Source: an uncultured Candidatus Saccharibacteria bacterium (GTDB lineage Bacteria; Patescibacteriota; Minisyncoccia; Phycocordibacterales; UBA9973). Taken from it: DNA of 64,000 bases. Each line of letters starts with the position of its first letter. Within the stretch, counting starts at the first letter, position 1. The stretch covers positions 174-64,173 of the forward strand of contig CAZXCN010000004.1 of NCBI GenBank assembly GCA_964639185.1, given 5' to 3'. Positions 48,813 to 58,696 of the stretch are shown here, piece after piece. The position numbers were made by a program, and so were the translations under genes. Below the pieces are notes generated by a model. It was not told the origin of the DNA, did not search any database, and saw only the letters and a program-made list of their open reading frames with translations.

Positions 48813-49358
48813 TTACATCTTGCGTACCTGAAGGAAATCAAGCTCGACTGGTGTTTCGCGTCCGAACATTGATACCAATACTTTCACCTTACCACGATCT
48901 TGATCTATCTCGCTAACCTTACCTTCCAAATCCTTGAATGGTCCATCATTGATACTAACGATCTCTTCGATAGCTAAATCTATTTGGTGCTTAGCATCAC
49001 CACCTTCCATACGTCCAAACAAATCATCTACTTCTTTTTTATCAAGAGGTACTGGATTCACACCTGCTCCAACGAACCCTGTAACACGAGGTGTGTTACG
49101 AACTACGTACCAAGAGTTGTCGTCCACTATCATATCTACCAAGATATAACCTGGATAAATCTTTTCCTCTACTTCTACCCTCTTGCTACCTTTGATCTTT
49201 ATCTTTTTTTCTGTAGGAACTATAACACTAAAAATTTTATCATTCATACCAAGTGAGTCGATACGCTGACGAAGATTTCTTAGAACTGCATTTTCATAAC
49301 CTGCATATGTATGTATTGCGTACCAATTTCTCTCACCTCTTAATTCTTGTTTTGCCAT
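48813..49358 (-). CDS. nusG: Transcription termination/antitermination factor NusG
   Basis: WYAIHTYAGYE, VRNTPRVTGFVG and MFGRETPVELDF motifs. Confidence 0.98.
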   Translation of the reverse strand: MAKQELRGERNWYAIHTYAGYENAVLRNLRQRIDSLGMNDKIFSVIVPTEKKIKIKGSKRVEVEEKIYPGYILVDMIVDDNSWYVVRNTPRVTGFVGAGVNPVPLDKKEVDDLFGRMEGGDAKHQIDLAIEEIVSINDGPFKDLEGKVSEIDQDRGKVKVLVSMFGRETPVELDFLQVRKM

Positions 49359-49395
49359 ATAATTAATTTTAAATTCCCGCCTATTGGCAGGTAGG

Positions 49396-49581
49396 TTATT
49401 TAGTAAGCAGACTCTCTAAACCCTTCTTAAAGATAAAGTCCATAAGACCCAAGTAATAAGCGACAAAAACAGACACAATAATAACAGCCACAGTAAAGGC
49501 TATAGATTGTTTCCTTGTTGGCCACTTCACGTGTGCCATTTCAGCTTTTGTTTCCTTCAAAAATTCAATAATTTTGTTCAT
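49396..49581 (-). CDS. secE: Preprotein translocase SecE
   Basis: FLKETKAEMAHVKWPTRK plus one TM; secE-nusG-rplK synteny. Confidence 0.93.
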   Translation of the reverse strand: MNKIIEFLKETKAEMAHVKWPTRKQSIAFTVAVIIVSVFVAYYLGLMDFIFKKGLESLLTK

Positions 49582-49693
49582 ATATTTGTTTATATTAAAA
49601 AACACCCTGCGGGCGTATATAAATACATACTACCCCTAATACATCGAAAAGTCAATAAACATAAAACCCCTCTAAAATAGAGGGGTTTTATGT

Positions 49694-50083
49694 TTATTTA
49701 AACCACTGTTTTTGCCATTCTCGCATCAAAGTAATTTCTTTTGTTTGAGCAGTTATGATTTCGTTAGCAAGTTTAGTTAATTCAGGACGCTTTGAAGTAA
49801 CAAGGACCATTTGTGCCATTTCTACAGCACCTTGGTGATGAACAATCATTTCAGATAGAAATGCTTTATCAAATTCTTCTCCTGTTTTTCCTTCAAGACC
49901 CATATTGTCCATCATAGTCCCATCTGGCATCTTGTGCATCATCATTTTATGAGAGTAATCTTTCTTATCTCCACCTCGGTGATGATTCATCATAAAAAAA
50001 CCACTTGTAATAATTACCCCAACAAATAAACCAATAATTCCATAAAGTACACTCTTGTTTATATTTATGTTTATGTTTTTCAT
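49694..50083 (-). CDS. DUF305 (CopM-like) Met/His-rich protein
   Basis: FDKAFLSEMIVHHQGAVEMA...IITAQTKEI. Confidence 0.88.
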   Translation of the reverse strand: MKNINININKSVLYGIIGLFVGVIITSGFFMMNHHRGGDKKDYSHKMMMHKMPDGTMMDNMGLEGKTGEEFDKAFLSEMIVHHQGAVEMAQMVLVTSKRPELTKLANEIITAQTKEITLMREWQKQWFK

Positions 50084-50090
50084 AAAAAAT

Positions 50091-50885
50091 TTATCTTATT
50101 TCGTATGTAATAGTTACACTTGAAGTTATCTTGTTTTCGCCTTTTGGTAATTCTGGAGCCCTTTCTGGCATAGCAGATCCTGCTGTCATATCCATAGCCT
50201 TGGATGCATACATCATAGGGTATCCATTTGAATTTTCAGAAAAGTTTACAATGTCCCCAATATTTACACCCAATTGCTTTGCCAATATTTCTGCTTTTTC
50301 TTTTGCAAGATCTATTGCTTTTTCTCGAGCTTGATCCTTCAGCACATCTTCATCATCAATACTAAAATTCGGTCCAGAAATATTTGTAATACCGATGTTT
50401 GTTAATCCTGTACGAATCTCATTTGCATTATCAGCCATACGTACTTTGATTGTTATAGATTGAGTAGCTGTGTAGCCAACGATAGTTGGAGATTTTGTTG
50501 GACAGGGATAAGTTATACAAACCACTTGGCCATAATCATATTTTGGGTTTACTCCACCGTATTCGCTCTTTATATCTTTTTCATCTATATTTTGTGATTT
50601 TAGATAATCTAAAGTCTTTGTAAGCATCGCATTCAAATCTGCACTTGCCTCTTTTGAAGTCTTACCTTCATTTTCTAAATTTACATTCAAAACAGCAATA
50701 TCTGGTACAGCCATTACATCTGCATCAGCACTTACTGTAATAGTACTAACTCCGCCATCAGCATGACCTATATAACGCCCCTCCTTTAGACTATTTATTA
50801 TTAATACAATCACAAATAAAGCGAGTAACCCGCCTAGTACTGTGCAAACCTGTATAAACCTCTTGTTTGTTGTAAGTGTTTCCAT
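50091..50885 (-). CDS. SIMPL (DUF541) domain protein
   Basis: V..PDIA, AREKAIDLAKEKAEILAKQLGV and VTITYEI motifs. Confidence 0.9.
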   Translation of the reverse strand: METLTTNKRFIQVCTVLGGLLALFVIVLIINSLKEGRYIGHADGGVSTITVSADADVMAVPDIAVLNVNLENEGKTSKEASADLNAMLTKTLDYLKSQNIDEKDIKSEYGGVNPKYDYGQVVCITYPCPTKSPTIVGYTATQSITIKVRMADNANEIRTGLTNIGITNISGPNFSIDDEDVLKDQAREKAIDLAKEKAEILAKQLGVNIGDIVNFSENSNGYPMMYASKAMDMTAGSAMPERAPELPKGENKITSSVTITYEIR

Positions 50886-51006
50886 ATAATTATTGACGAA
50901 TGAATCGCCTATTTATTACTAATAATGTTGTCTTGTGTCCCTATTATACCATAAATAAAAGGCTTAGTTTCCTAAGCCTTTTTTAAGTTAGTATTTCTAA
51001 TACAAA

Positions 51007-52023
51007 TTAATGACCATTACGAAATAAAAATTTTGCAGTTAAAGTAACAAGTAACAAATTCCATGGTCTTAAAAAAGTTATAGACCCTGGACTAATTGCA
51101 GTAGCTCCAGCTTTTTTAAACTGCCACACATTGTATGGATTTAAAATACCACCCCCACCAATAATAGGCTTATTTATCCCATTAGCACGAGCTCCACTAA
51201 TCCATTTCAATGCGTATTTACGAATTGGCTTTCCAGACACTCCACCACGCCCTTTGAATTTAAAAATCTCTTGATATTTATCTAAAGGTGAAATGTATCT
51301 TTTAGAATAGAAAAATCTTTCATATTTGAAATATTTACCCTTATCCTCATAAGGTAATGAATCGAAAGGTATTGTGTTTATTGCATCAAAGCCATAAATA
51401 CATTCCATATCATCCAACTTTTTTGCAACATTGTATGGAAAATCCCAAGCAACTTTAAGAATGATAGGCCAACCTATTTGTGAAAGTATATTATACTCAT
51501 CCACAAAATTTTCAATGAATGAATTCTGTGCATCATGACCCGTGTTGGGGCAAGAAATATTCCAATGGAGGAAAATCTTCTTGGCTTCAAATTGAGATTT
51601 GTAAAGAATAAATACATCACGAATTGCTATGGCTTCCTCGGTTCTTTCTTTTGATGTTACACCGAGCAACATCACAGACAGATGTATTTCTTTTGTCATT
51701 TCCTGCCAAATACCTTTTTGTAAAAGTTTAAATATTCCCATATTAGAAAGGGATACATTATTAACCCCTACCCCTTTTACAAGATTTGCACTAATACATT
51801 TAGGGTTAAATTCTACGGGTGTAACTCCATCAGATTTTAACTCCATGTTACCTACCCTCTCATCAGCAGTAGCTGTTTTCGATTGGAAAGTTATCCAACG
51901 AAATGAAAATAGGAATGGAAAGAGAAATTTAAAGATTTTATGATAAGGGTACCCCTCACCATAGAAACCCATCATGCCAGATGATGCTATCACCGGCGAA
52001 TCAAAGTGGTTTTGCTTTTTCAT
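51007..52023 (-). CDS. pyrD: Divergent dihydroorotate dehydrogenase
   Basis: NISCPNT, INT, GGVSGKPI and IIGGGGI motifs; divergent from pyrC. Confidence 0.8.
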   Translation of the reverse strand: MKKQNHFDSPVIASSGMMGFYGEGYPYHKIFKFLFPFLFSFRWITFQSKTATADERVGNMELKSDGVTPVEFNPKCISANLVKGVGVNNVSLSNMGIFKLLQKGIWQEMTKEIHLSVMLLGVTSKERTEEAIAIRDVFILYKSQFEAKKIFLHWNISCPNTGHDAQNSFIENFVDEYNILSQIGWPIILKVAWDFPYNVAKKLDDMECIYGFDAINTIPFDSLPYEDKGKYFKYERFFYSKRYISPLDKYQEIFKFKGRGGVSGKPIRKYALKWISGARANGINKPIIGGGGILNPYNVWQFKKAGATAISPGSITFLRPWNLLLVTLTAKFLFRNGH

Positions 52024-52130
52024 ATTTTAAAACTATTTTTCTGCAGTCTAGCAAGGATTTGACAAAACAACAACCCCCTTGCATTTTAAACAAGAAAGTC
52101 CTAGTATAAGCATAAACAAAATTAAAAACC

Positions 52131-53222
52131 ATGGAAAAAGAATTATTAAAAATCCGTATGCCTTTTGATAGGCATGTACATTTTCGCCAACCAGATGGCT
52201 TAATGCCATCTATTATGCCTTTTACTCTTCGTAGTAACTGGGGTGCCGTAGTAATGCCTAATACAAATCCAATAATTGGTGACTGGCAGAGTGCATTAAA
52301 ATATGCAGAACAAATCAAAAAAATAGCAACAGACCTAGAGTACCCTAATTTCAAAGCAGTACTCACATGCTATCTTACAGATGTGACTAATGTCGATACC
52401 CTATCAAAATGTTTCGAACTTGATGTATGGAAAGCTGCAAAATTGTATCCATTAGGAGCCACAACTAATTCTGAAAGTGGTGTGAGTGATATAAAAAAAA
52501 TCTATCCAATTTTGGAAAGAATGCAAAAAATCAAAATGCCATTATTAATTCACCCAGAAACAGAAGCATCGCGTTTTGAAATTCCTTTTACAGATCGTGA
52601 ACGTGTTTTCACAGATGAAACTCTGGTACAAATACATAAAGATTTACCCGAGTTAATAATTTCGGTTGAACACATTACAACCAAAGAGGCCTGCCAATTT
52701 GTAGAAAGCTGTCCAGATAATGTTGTTGGAACAATAACCCCACAACATATTATGTACAATCATGATGCATTGTTCCATAATGGCGTTCCACCATATAAGC
52801 CTGGGATGTATGCGGAAAACATGTGCTTACCAATTCTAAAACATCAAAGTGATGTAAATTATATTTGCAAAGCAATTATGAGCGGATCAAAACACTACAA
52901 ATTTGGGGCTGGTACTGACAGTGCCCCACATGATGAGACCTCAAAACACGATCATTGTAGTCGTTGTGGTTGCTATAATTCATACGCAAGCACAGAATTG
53001 TATGCCATGGCTTTTGATAAACACGGAATGCTTAGTTCTTATGATGAAATCCTTAAATTTTCTGATTTTATGTCTGTGAATAATCTTTGGATTTATGGGT
53101 TAGAACCATCCGAAGAAATGATTACAATCAAAAGAGAGGATCAAGTAATACCAGAGATTCTTCCTGGCAATGTTCGTCCTTTCAAAGCAGGACAAATAAT
53201 ACCATTTAGTATGGTACATTAA
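52131..53222 (+). CDS. pyrC: Dihydroorotase (homodimeric type II)
   Basis: DRHVHFR, VMPN, KLYPLGATTNS, EHITT, CLPILK and GTDSAPH motifs. Confidence 0.93.
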   Translation: MEKELLKIRMPFDRHVHFRQPDGLMPSIMPFTLRSNWGAVVMPNTNPIIGDWQSALKYAEQIKKIATDLEYPNFKAVLTCYLTDVTNVDTLSKCFELDVWKAAKLYPLGATTNSESGVSDIKKIYPILERMQKIKMPLLIHPETEASRFEIPFTDRERVFTDETLVQIHKDLPELIISVEHITTKEACQFVESCPDNVVGTITPQHIMYNHDALFHNGVPPYKPGMYAENMCLPILKHQSDVNYICKAIMSGSKHYKFGAGTDSAPHDETSKHDHCSRCGCYNSYASTELYAMAFDKHGMLSSYDEILKFSDFMSVNNLWIYGLEPSEEMITIKREDQVIPEILPGNVRPFKAGQIIPFSMVH

Positions 53223-53298
53223 AAAGTAAAATTTTATTTAAATGCCCTCTGCAAACAGAGGGCATTTTATTTATTCTAAACAATAAATATTAAAATAA

Positions 53299-53979
53299 TT
53301 ATTGTTTATTCATTACATCACTAGTGATAACACCATCGGTCATGAATATTGTGCGGTGGGCCATCTTTGCATATTCAGGTTCATGAGTAACCATTATTAT
53401 GGTCTGCCCTTCTTTATTGAGTGCTAAGAATGCTTGGATTACTTGCTCAGAAGTTTCAGAATCCAAGTTAGCTGTTGGTTCGTCGGCAAATATTATCTTT
53501 GGATTATGAGCTATAGCACGAGCAATAGATACACGCTGTTGTTGTCCACCAGACAATTGACTAGGTAAGTTATTCATACGATCTGAAATACCCAGCTTTA
53601 CAAGAGCATTCTTTGCTTTTTCCTCAGCCTCTTTTGCATCATAACCCTGCATAAGAAGTGGCAACATTGTATTTTCAAGTGCTGTTAAAGATGGCAATAT
53701 AGCATAATCTTGAAATATATAACCCAAGTCATTGAGTCGTGTTAGGGTTCTATCGTTTTCTGGCATTTTAACAAAATCAGTATCATCGATTAAAACTTCT
53801 CCACTTGTAGGAAGATCAAGTAAACCCATTTGATAAAGAAGTGTTGATTTACCAGAACCAGATTTACCAGAAACTGTAAGAAATTGACCTTCTGGTACAG
53901 AAAAACTAACATCGCTTAGTGCAACAATCACTTGGTCACCGTTTTGAAACTTTTTAGTTAAATTTTTTACTTGTATCAT
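53299..53979 (-). CDS. ABC transporter ATP-binding protein (MacB/LolD-like)
   Basis: GKSGSGKST, LSGGQQQRV and ADEPTANLD motifs. Confidence 0.95.
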   Translation of the reverse strand: MIQVKNLTKKFQNGDQVIVALSDVSFSVPEGQFLTVSGKSGSGKSTLLYQMGLLDLPTSGEVLIDDTDFVKMPENDRTLTRLNDLGYIFQDYAILPSLTALENTMLPLLMQGYDAKEAEEKAKNALVKLGISDRMNNLPSQLSGGQQQRVSIARAIAHNPKIIFADEPTANLDSETSEQVIQAFLALNKEGQTIIMVTHEPEYAKMAHRTIFMTDGVITSDVMNKQ

Positions 53980-53986
53980 AAATATT

Positions 53987-55261
53987 TTATCTTCCTAAGA
54001 TAGCGCTTAATGTATTTTGCTTTATAACAATATTTGCAGGAATAAACCCAGCTATCATTGTTGTAATTAATAATATTACTCCGCGCCATATAGTACCAGA
54101 TAGTGTTGCAACAAGAATACCATCAGAAAATGGGAAGTCGATTGGGTTCGCCACAAAATATGGCTTTATAAAACCAAAAGTAAGTATCATTCCAAAGGTA
54201 ACACCAAATAATGCATATATAACAGCCTGATATACGTATGAATACAGTATGGCTTTTCTGTTTATACCTATCCCCTTCAATATTCCAATATAACGACGTC
54301 GAGTAATAGCATTTACGAATATGACAATAAATATTGTTATTGATGCAACGACAAGCCCGATACCTGAAATAGCATTACCTAAGATTCCAAAAGTTTGTTT
54401 TATATCTTTTAGGAATTTAGGGAATGCTTCTTCGGCAGTTTGCACACGAGCATATTTATCAACATCATTATCAATCAAAAAGTTCTTTGCAAAAGCCAAA
54501 TCTGTACCTGGTAATAACTGTATAGCTATTGTTCCGGCATTTAGATCACCGCGACCTGTAAGCTTGCGCACCTCAGAATCAAGCGCTACTATCGAGGTAT
54601 CAAAAACATCTACCTTACTCGAAAGTATCCCTTTTACAAAATATTCCTTTGATACATCACCAACAGATATTTTAATACGAGACCCCACTTCTACATTCTT
54701 TAATGTTTGAAATCCTGGGGCTTCGATAGGAGTAAATTCATATAACAAATTCTTACCTATCAATATACTGTCCTGATCCTCCTTGTTTAAATATTCTCCA
54801 CGAATCACAAATTTAGAAACACTAGAGAATTTCTCTTCTTGAACTGGATCAATACCGAGAAGTGACCCACTGGCACCGTTACGTGTCTCGCCAGGCTTGA
54901 TCGTACTACGATAGTCACTTTGTACAAATGCTGAACCTCCATAACGAACAGTATGATTTTTGTATCCTGGAATTGTTTTTACAATATCCACAACCTGAGG
55001 TGTCTGTTCTATATATGAACGATTCAAAAATGAAGAAATAACAATATCACCGATAGCATACTTTTTTTGAGCATCCTCAGAACCCTGAATAAGACCAATA
55101 AGAATACCCGAGACAACAACTAAATTCAAAAATGTAAAAGTCATTACTGCAACAATAAGTGCAGTGGTCCATGTATTTGCTCGACGAATATCACGCTTGG
55201 CCAAAAACCAACCAACGCTTATATTACGTGAGAAAGAATTTTCTTTCAAAACTTTATTCAT
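53987..55261 (-). CDS. FtsX-like ABC permease
   Basis: 1+3 TM layout; RRRYIGILKGIG motif. Confidence 0.9.
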   Translation of the reverse strand: MNKVLKENSFSRNISVGWFLAKRDIRRANTWTTALIVAVMTFTFLNLVVVSGILIGLIQGSEDAQKKYAIGDIVISSFLNRSYIEQTPQVVDIVKTIPGYKNHTVRYGGSAFVQSDYRSTIKPGETRNGASGSLLGIDPVQEEKFSSVSKFVIRGEYLNKEDQDSILIGKNLLYEFTPIEAPGFQTLKNVEVGSRIKISVGDVSKEYFVKGILSSKVDVFDTSIVALDSEVRKLTGRGDLNAGTIAIQLLPGTDLAFAKNFLIDNDVDKYARVQTAEEAFPKFLKDIKQTFGILGNAISGIGLVVASITIFIVIFVNAITRRRYIGILKGIGINRKAILYSYVYQAVIYALFGVTFGMILTFGFIKPYFVANPIDFPFSDGILVATLSGTIWRGVILLITTMIAGFIPANIVIKQNTLSAILGR

Positions 55262-55267
55262 AAAATA

Positions 55268-56554
55268 TTATTTTGTATATGTTACACGATCCCCCTCTGA
55301 CAATCCACTAACAATTTCGAGCATATTTCCATCACCCAGAAAACCTGTAACCACCTCTGTATCCTCGAATTTTTTCTTATTTTCATTTATCACTTTCTTT
55401 ACGATACTCTTACCATCAACAATATTTACAGCTTGTTTTGGTAATGCTAGTACACCAGGCATCTCCCCTCCTATAATCACGACATTGGCGTTCATACCGA
55501 CGCGGATGTCGACATCGCTCTTTGGGATAGATGACTTAATCTTGTAGTTCACTACACCATCTGATGTTGTAGCAGATGGATCAATATGCACAACCTTACC
55601 AATAAAATCTTTGCCTGGCATAGCATCAAAATTGAATTTTACAACTTGATCCAGCTTTACATTGGCAATGTTAGCTTCGTTAATATCAGATTCAATATAT
55701 AAGTTAGATATATCTTGTAGAACTATTACCTCGTGATTTACTTGTGACAGTTCACCGATCTTTGTGTCTACTTTTGTTATAGTTCCAGAAGACGGAGCAC
55801 GTATGATCGTGTCTTCCAACTTTGCGAGTGCTGACTGCAATTTACCTTGAGCTTGAGTTATTTCAGCATTTGCAAGTTCAATATCGGCACTGTTGGCAGA
55901 TGCCAATTTTACATTTAGTTCTGCTTGGCGTTGGTCAACTAATGCCTGCGCGGCTGATATAGCAGAATCGCGAGCTTTCTCTGCATTCATAAGGTCATCG
56001 TGTGAACCGACATAACGTATGTCTATATTCTGTTTCCAAAATATATTAAAAACTTTTTCAACAATGGAGTTTTGCTCTGCCACAGTTGTATCATAAGCTT
56101 TCTTTGCATTCTCAAGCAGAACTTTAGTTAAAGCTATGTCTTCGTTTGTATAAGCACTAATAGTCTTGTTGTATTTCGCCCGAGCAGAAGCAAGTGTTCC
56201 CCGAGCGACTGTTACATCGGCAGCCTCTGTGCCTTGATCAAGAGTTGCCAGTATCTGACCCTGATACACCTTGTCCCCCACTTCAATACGGACAGATTTC
56301 ACCACCCCAGCTGAATTGAATGACAAAGATAAGTCGGTCTTTGAAGTTACCTTGCCTGTTGCCTTTACACTCTGCAAAAGATCATTTCTAACAACTGTTT
56401 CAAATACAAAATTTTTATCTGAATTATTCCCTAAAAATTTTAACCCTAAAAGTATTATTAAAAATAAAAGTATTCCATAAAATACTTTTCTACGTAATGA
56501 CCATTTTTTTGCTTTATTTTTTGTTTCTTCTAATAAATTTTTTACTTTATCCAT
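55268..56554 (-). CDS. Efflux membrane fusion (adaptor) protein
   Basis: Lipoyl halves VGDKV..GQILA and IRAPSSGTI flanking a coiled coil; C-terminal GLSEGDRV. Confidence 0.9.
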   Translation of the reverse strand: MDKVKNLLEETKNKAKKWSLRRKVFYGILLFLIILLGLKFLGNNSDKNFVFETVVRNDLLQSVKATGKVTSKTDLSLSFNSAGVVKSVRIEVGDKVYQGQILATLDQGTEAADVTVARGTLASARAKYNKTISAYTNEDIALTKVLLENAKKAYDTTVAEQNSIVEKVFNIFWKQNIDIRYVGSHDDLMNAEKARDSAISAAQALVDQRQAELNVKLASANSADIELANAEITQAQGKLQSALAKLEDTIIRAPSSGTITKVDTKIGELSQVNHEVIVLQDISNLYIESDINEANIANVKLDQVVKFNFDAMPGKDFIGKVVHIDPSATTSDGVVNYKIKSSIPKSDVDIRVGMNANVVIIGGEMPGVLALPKQAVNIVDGKSIVKKVINENKKKFEDTEVVTGFLGDGNMLEIVSGLSEGDRVTYTK

Positions 56555-56563
56555 AAATTTTAA

Positions 56564-57214
56564 TTATCCTATTTTAATGTCTTTTAATTTTTGAATTCGT
56601 GACTCGACAAGTTCGTCTGTGATAAATTCTGGTGTAATATCTGTATGTTTAAATATTTCAGCCTCTATTTCATGTAAAGCTTTTTCTATAACAGCACGCC
56701 TCTCTTCTGTGATGGATGTAGGGTGAGTTTTATATCGAACATGCAAGTCATCTAGTCTTTCCTGCATAGTTGTAACACCATGTATCCCAACACGCATATC
56801 TGCATACAAAACTATCATCTTTTCATATTCATTCGATTCTTTGACTGTTATAGTTTCTAAAAATGAAGCAATATGTAATATCTCTAAGACCCCAAAATTG
56901 ACTCCCAAGTCAGTAGCAATAGCGAGCGTTGCATCATGCTCATTTACAGTATGGTATTTATCAATAAAAGATTTCTTAATATTTTCCCAATGTGCCATAC
57001 CTTCTGGTTCAGAAAATTCAGGAAATTTTTTTAAATCAATATCTACAATTTTACCTATATCGTGCAATAAACATGCATCTATAATAGTCTTCTTGTCTAT
57101 TAAAGGTTTAAAGTGTTCATTTATGATATCAGCAACTGCAGCTACCTTGTACATATGAGTAGCTATATTAGGCATGATCTGACACTCTATATATATGTCT
57201 TGGATATTTCTCAT
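56564..57214 (-). CDS. HD domain protein
   Basis: H...V, ACLLHDIGK and YAD motifs. Confidence 0.85.
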   Translation of the reverse strand: MRNIQDIYIECQIMPNIATHMYKVAAVADIINEHFKPLIDKKTIIDACLLHDIGKIVDIDLKKFPEFSEPEGMAHWENIKKSFIDKYHTVNEHDATLAIATDLGVNFGVLEILHIASFLETITVKESNEYEKMIVLYADMRVGIHGVTTMQERLDDLHVRYKTHPTSITEERRAVIEKALHEIEAEIFKHTDITPEFITDELVESRIQKLKDIKIG

Positions 57215-57252
57215 ATAAAATAGTATACCAGAAATAAGCTATCTGGTCTAAG

Positions 57253-57657
57253 TTACTTCAACCTGCCTGGTTCATAGTTAGGATTTATAGCAGGTGGAAC
57301 AGTATCGAGATATGGACCTTTCTCATTTAAAGTTTTCTGTGTCCAAAAACGATAATCTGAATTCATTTTTGAAATATCAACAGTTGATATCATGGGAGTA
57401 GTGTATGAGTGCAATGATAATATAAAGGGAGCTAATTTCTCTGCTAAAGAAGACTGTGTAGTCAGAACAAGCATATACTGCTCTACGTTCTCAACAACAC
57501 CTTGCCATGGGTATATTGATTCAATAGGCCAGAAATCAGCACAGACAGCCAAATGTTCATTTATACACGCTAGACCTATATAACGGGCTTCCTCTTTTGA
57601 ACCACATGTTGTGTAAACAAACACTATTTTATCAGGAGAAACTTTATTTATAAGCAT
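57253..57657 (-). CDS. cutA: Divalent-cation tolerance protein CutA
   Basis: VYTTC...EA, ESIYPWQG and LHSYTTP motifs. Confidence 0.88.
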   Translation of the reverse strand: MLINKVSPDKIVFVYTTCGSKEEARYIGLACINEHLAVCADFWPIESIYPWQGVVENVEQYMLVLTTQSSLAEKLAPFILSLHSYTTPMISTVDISKMNSDYRFWTQKTLNEKGPYLDTVPPAINPNYEPGRLK

Positions 57658-57674
57658 AAATTTTTAAATTATTA

Positions 57675-58232
57675 TTAACTACTACGAGATATGCTACGGT
57701 GTATGACCAAAAGAATAAGTATTGTTACAGAAGTTGTTAACGCCATCATAGGCATACTAACGTAACCAAATTCATATACATACCGAGCTGAACATGAGAC
57801 AGTAGTAGAATTTGGTATTACACATGGTAGAGGTGATGAACCACCATTTTCTATATATATATGATACAAAGATACAAGTGTACCGAACCCTGCTAACACA
57901 ACACTGCCTTTCATTATCCTATCCTTGTCGATACGTCTGCGCCACATCATCATGCCAAATAATATAACTTGTGGATATATCAAAACTCTTTGTATCCAGC
58001 ACAGTTCACAAGGAGGAAAGCCTATTACTTCGGAATAAAACAAACTTGCTATCATGGCTACAAATGCAATAGTAAAAGATGCTTCAATAGCGTATTTGTC
58101 TATAAATATCATAAATTTATTCGAGCGACGCGGATTCCAAGCAAAAGAAAATAATAATAAACCCAAAAAAATATGCATCAATATGGTACCAATAGCAAGT
58201 GCTTGATTAAATGTTGTTACGTATGTTGGCAT
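57675..58232 (-). CDS. Disulfide bond formation protein (DsbB/BdbC family)
   Basis: PCELCWIQR motif, second Cys pair and multiple TMs. Confidence 0.9.
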   Translation of the reverse strand: MPTYVTTFNQALAIGTILMHIFLGLLLFSFAWNPRRSNKFMIFIDKYAIEASFTIAFVAMIASLFYSEVIGFPPCELCWIQRVLIYPQVILFGMMMWRRRIDKDRIMKGSVVLAGFGTLVSLYHIYIENGGSSPLPCVIPNSTTVSCSARYVYEFGYVSMPMMALTTSVTILILLVIHRSISRSS

Positions 58233-58237
58233 ATATT

Positions 58238-58630
58238 TTATTCAGCAACTTCAACAGGAAGTACGCATTGAGATTTCTCGGATAAAGTTTCAAAAGTTAC
58301 TTCCCCTGTTAAAATTGAGGCGTCAGGGAAAACCCAAGTTGGATACGCTTCGATTTTATTATCGATACACACTTGCGTTTGACTTTTATCAGGATTGGAA
58401 CATTCGATATAATTTAAATATTTTGCAGAGGAACCGAAAGCTTTCTTTTGAGCTTGGCAATGAGGACACCAAAAAGCTCCAAAAAACTTTGTCCCAGAAT
58501 CACGTAAACATTGAGCAAATTGATCATATTTACCAGGACCCGATGGCTTATTAGCCAATACACCCATACCTATTACAAGAACAATTAAAATTAATACAAA
58601 TAATCCAAATTTTGCAGCTTTATTTTTCAT
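58238..58630 (-). CDS. Membrane-anchored thioredoxin-fold protein
   Basis: FGAFWCPHC and YPTW motifs; adjacent to the DsbB-like gene. Confidence 0.88.
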   Translation of the reverse strand: MKNKAAKFGLFVLILIVLVIGMGVLANKPSGPGKYDQFAQCLRDSGTKFFGAFWCPHCQAQKKAFGSSAKYLNYIECSNPDKSQTQVCIDNKIEAYPTWVFPDASILTGEVTFETLSEKSQCVLPVEVAE

Positions 58631-58696
58631 TTGTACATTATAACATATAAATAAAACACCCTATAGGGTGTTTTATTTATAGTATTTAGATGCTGA

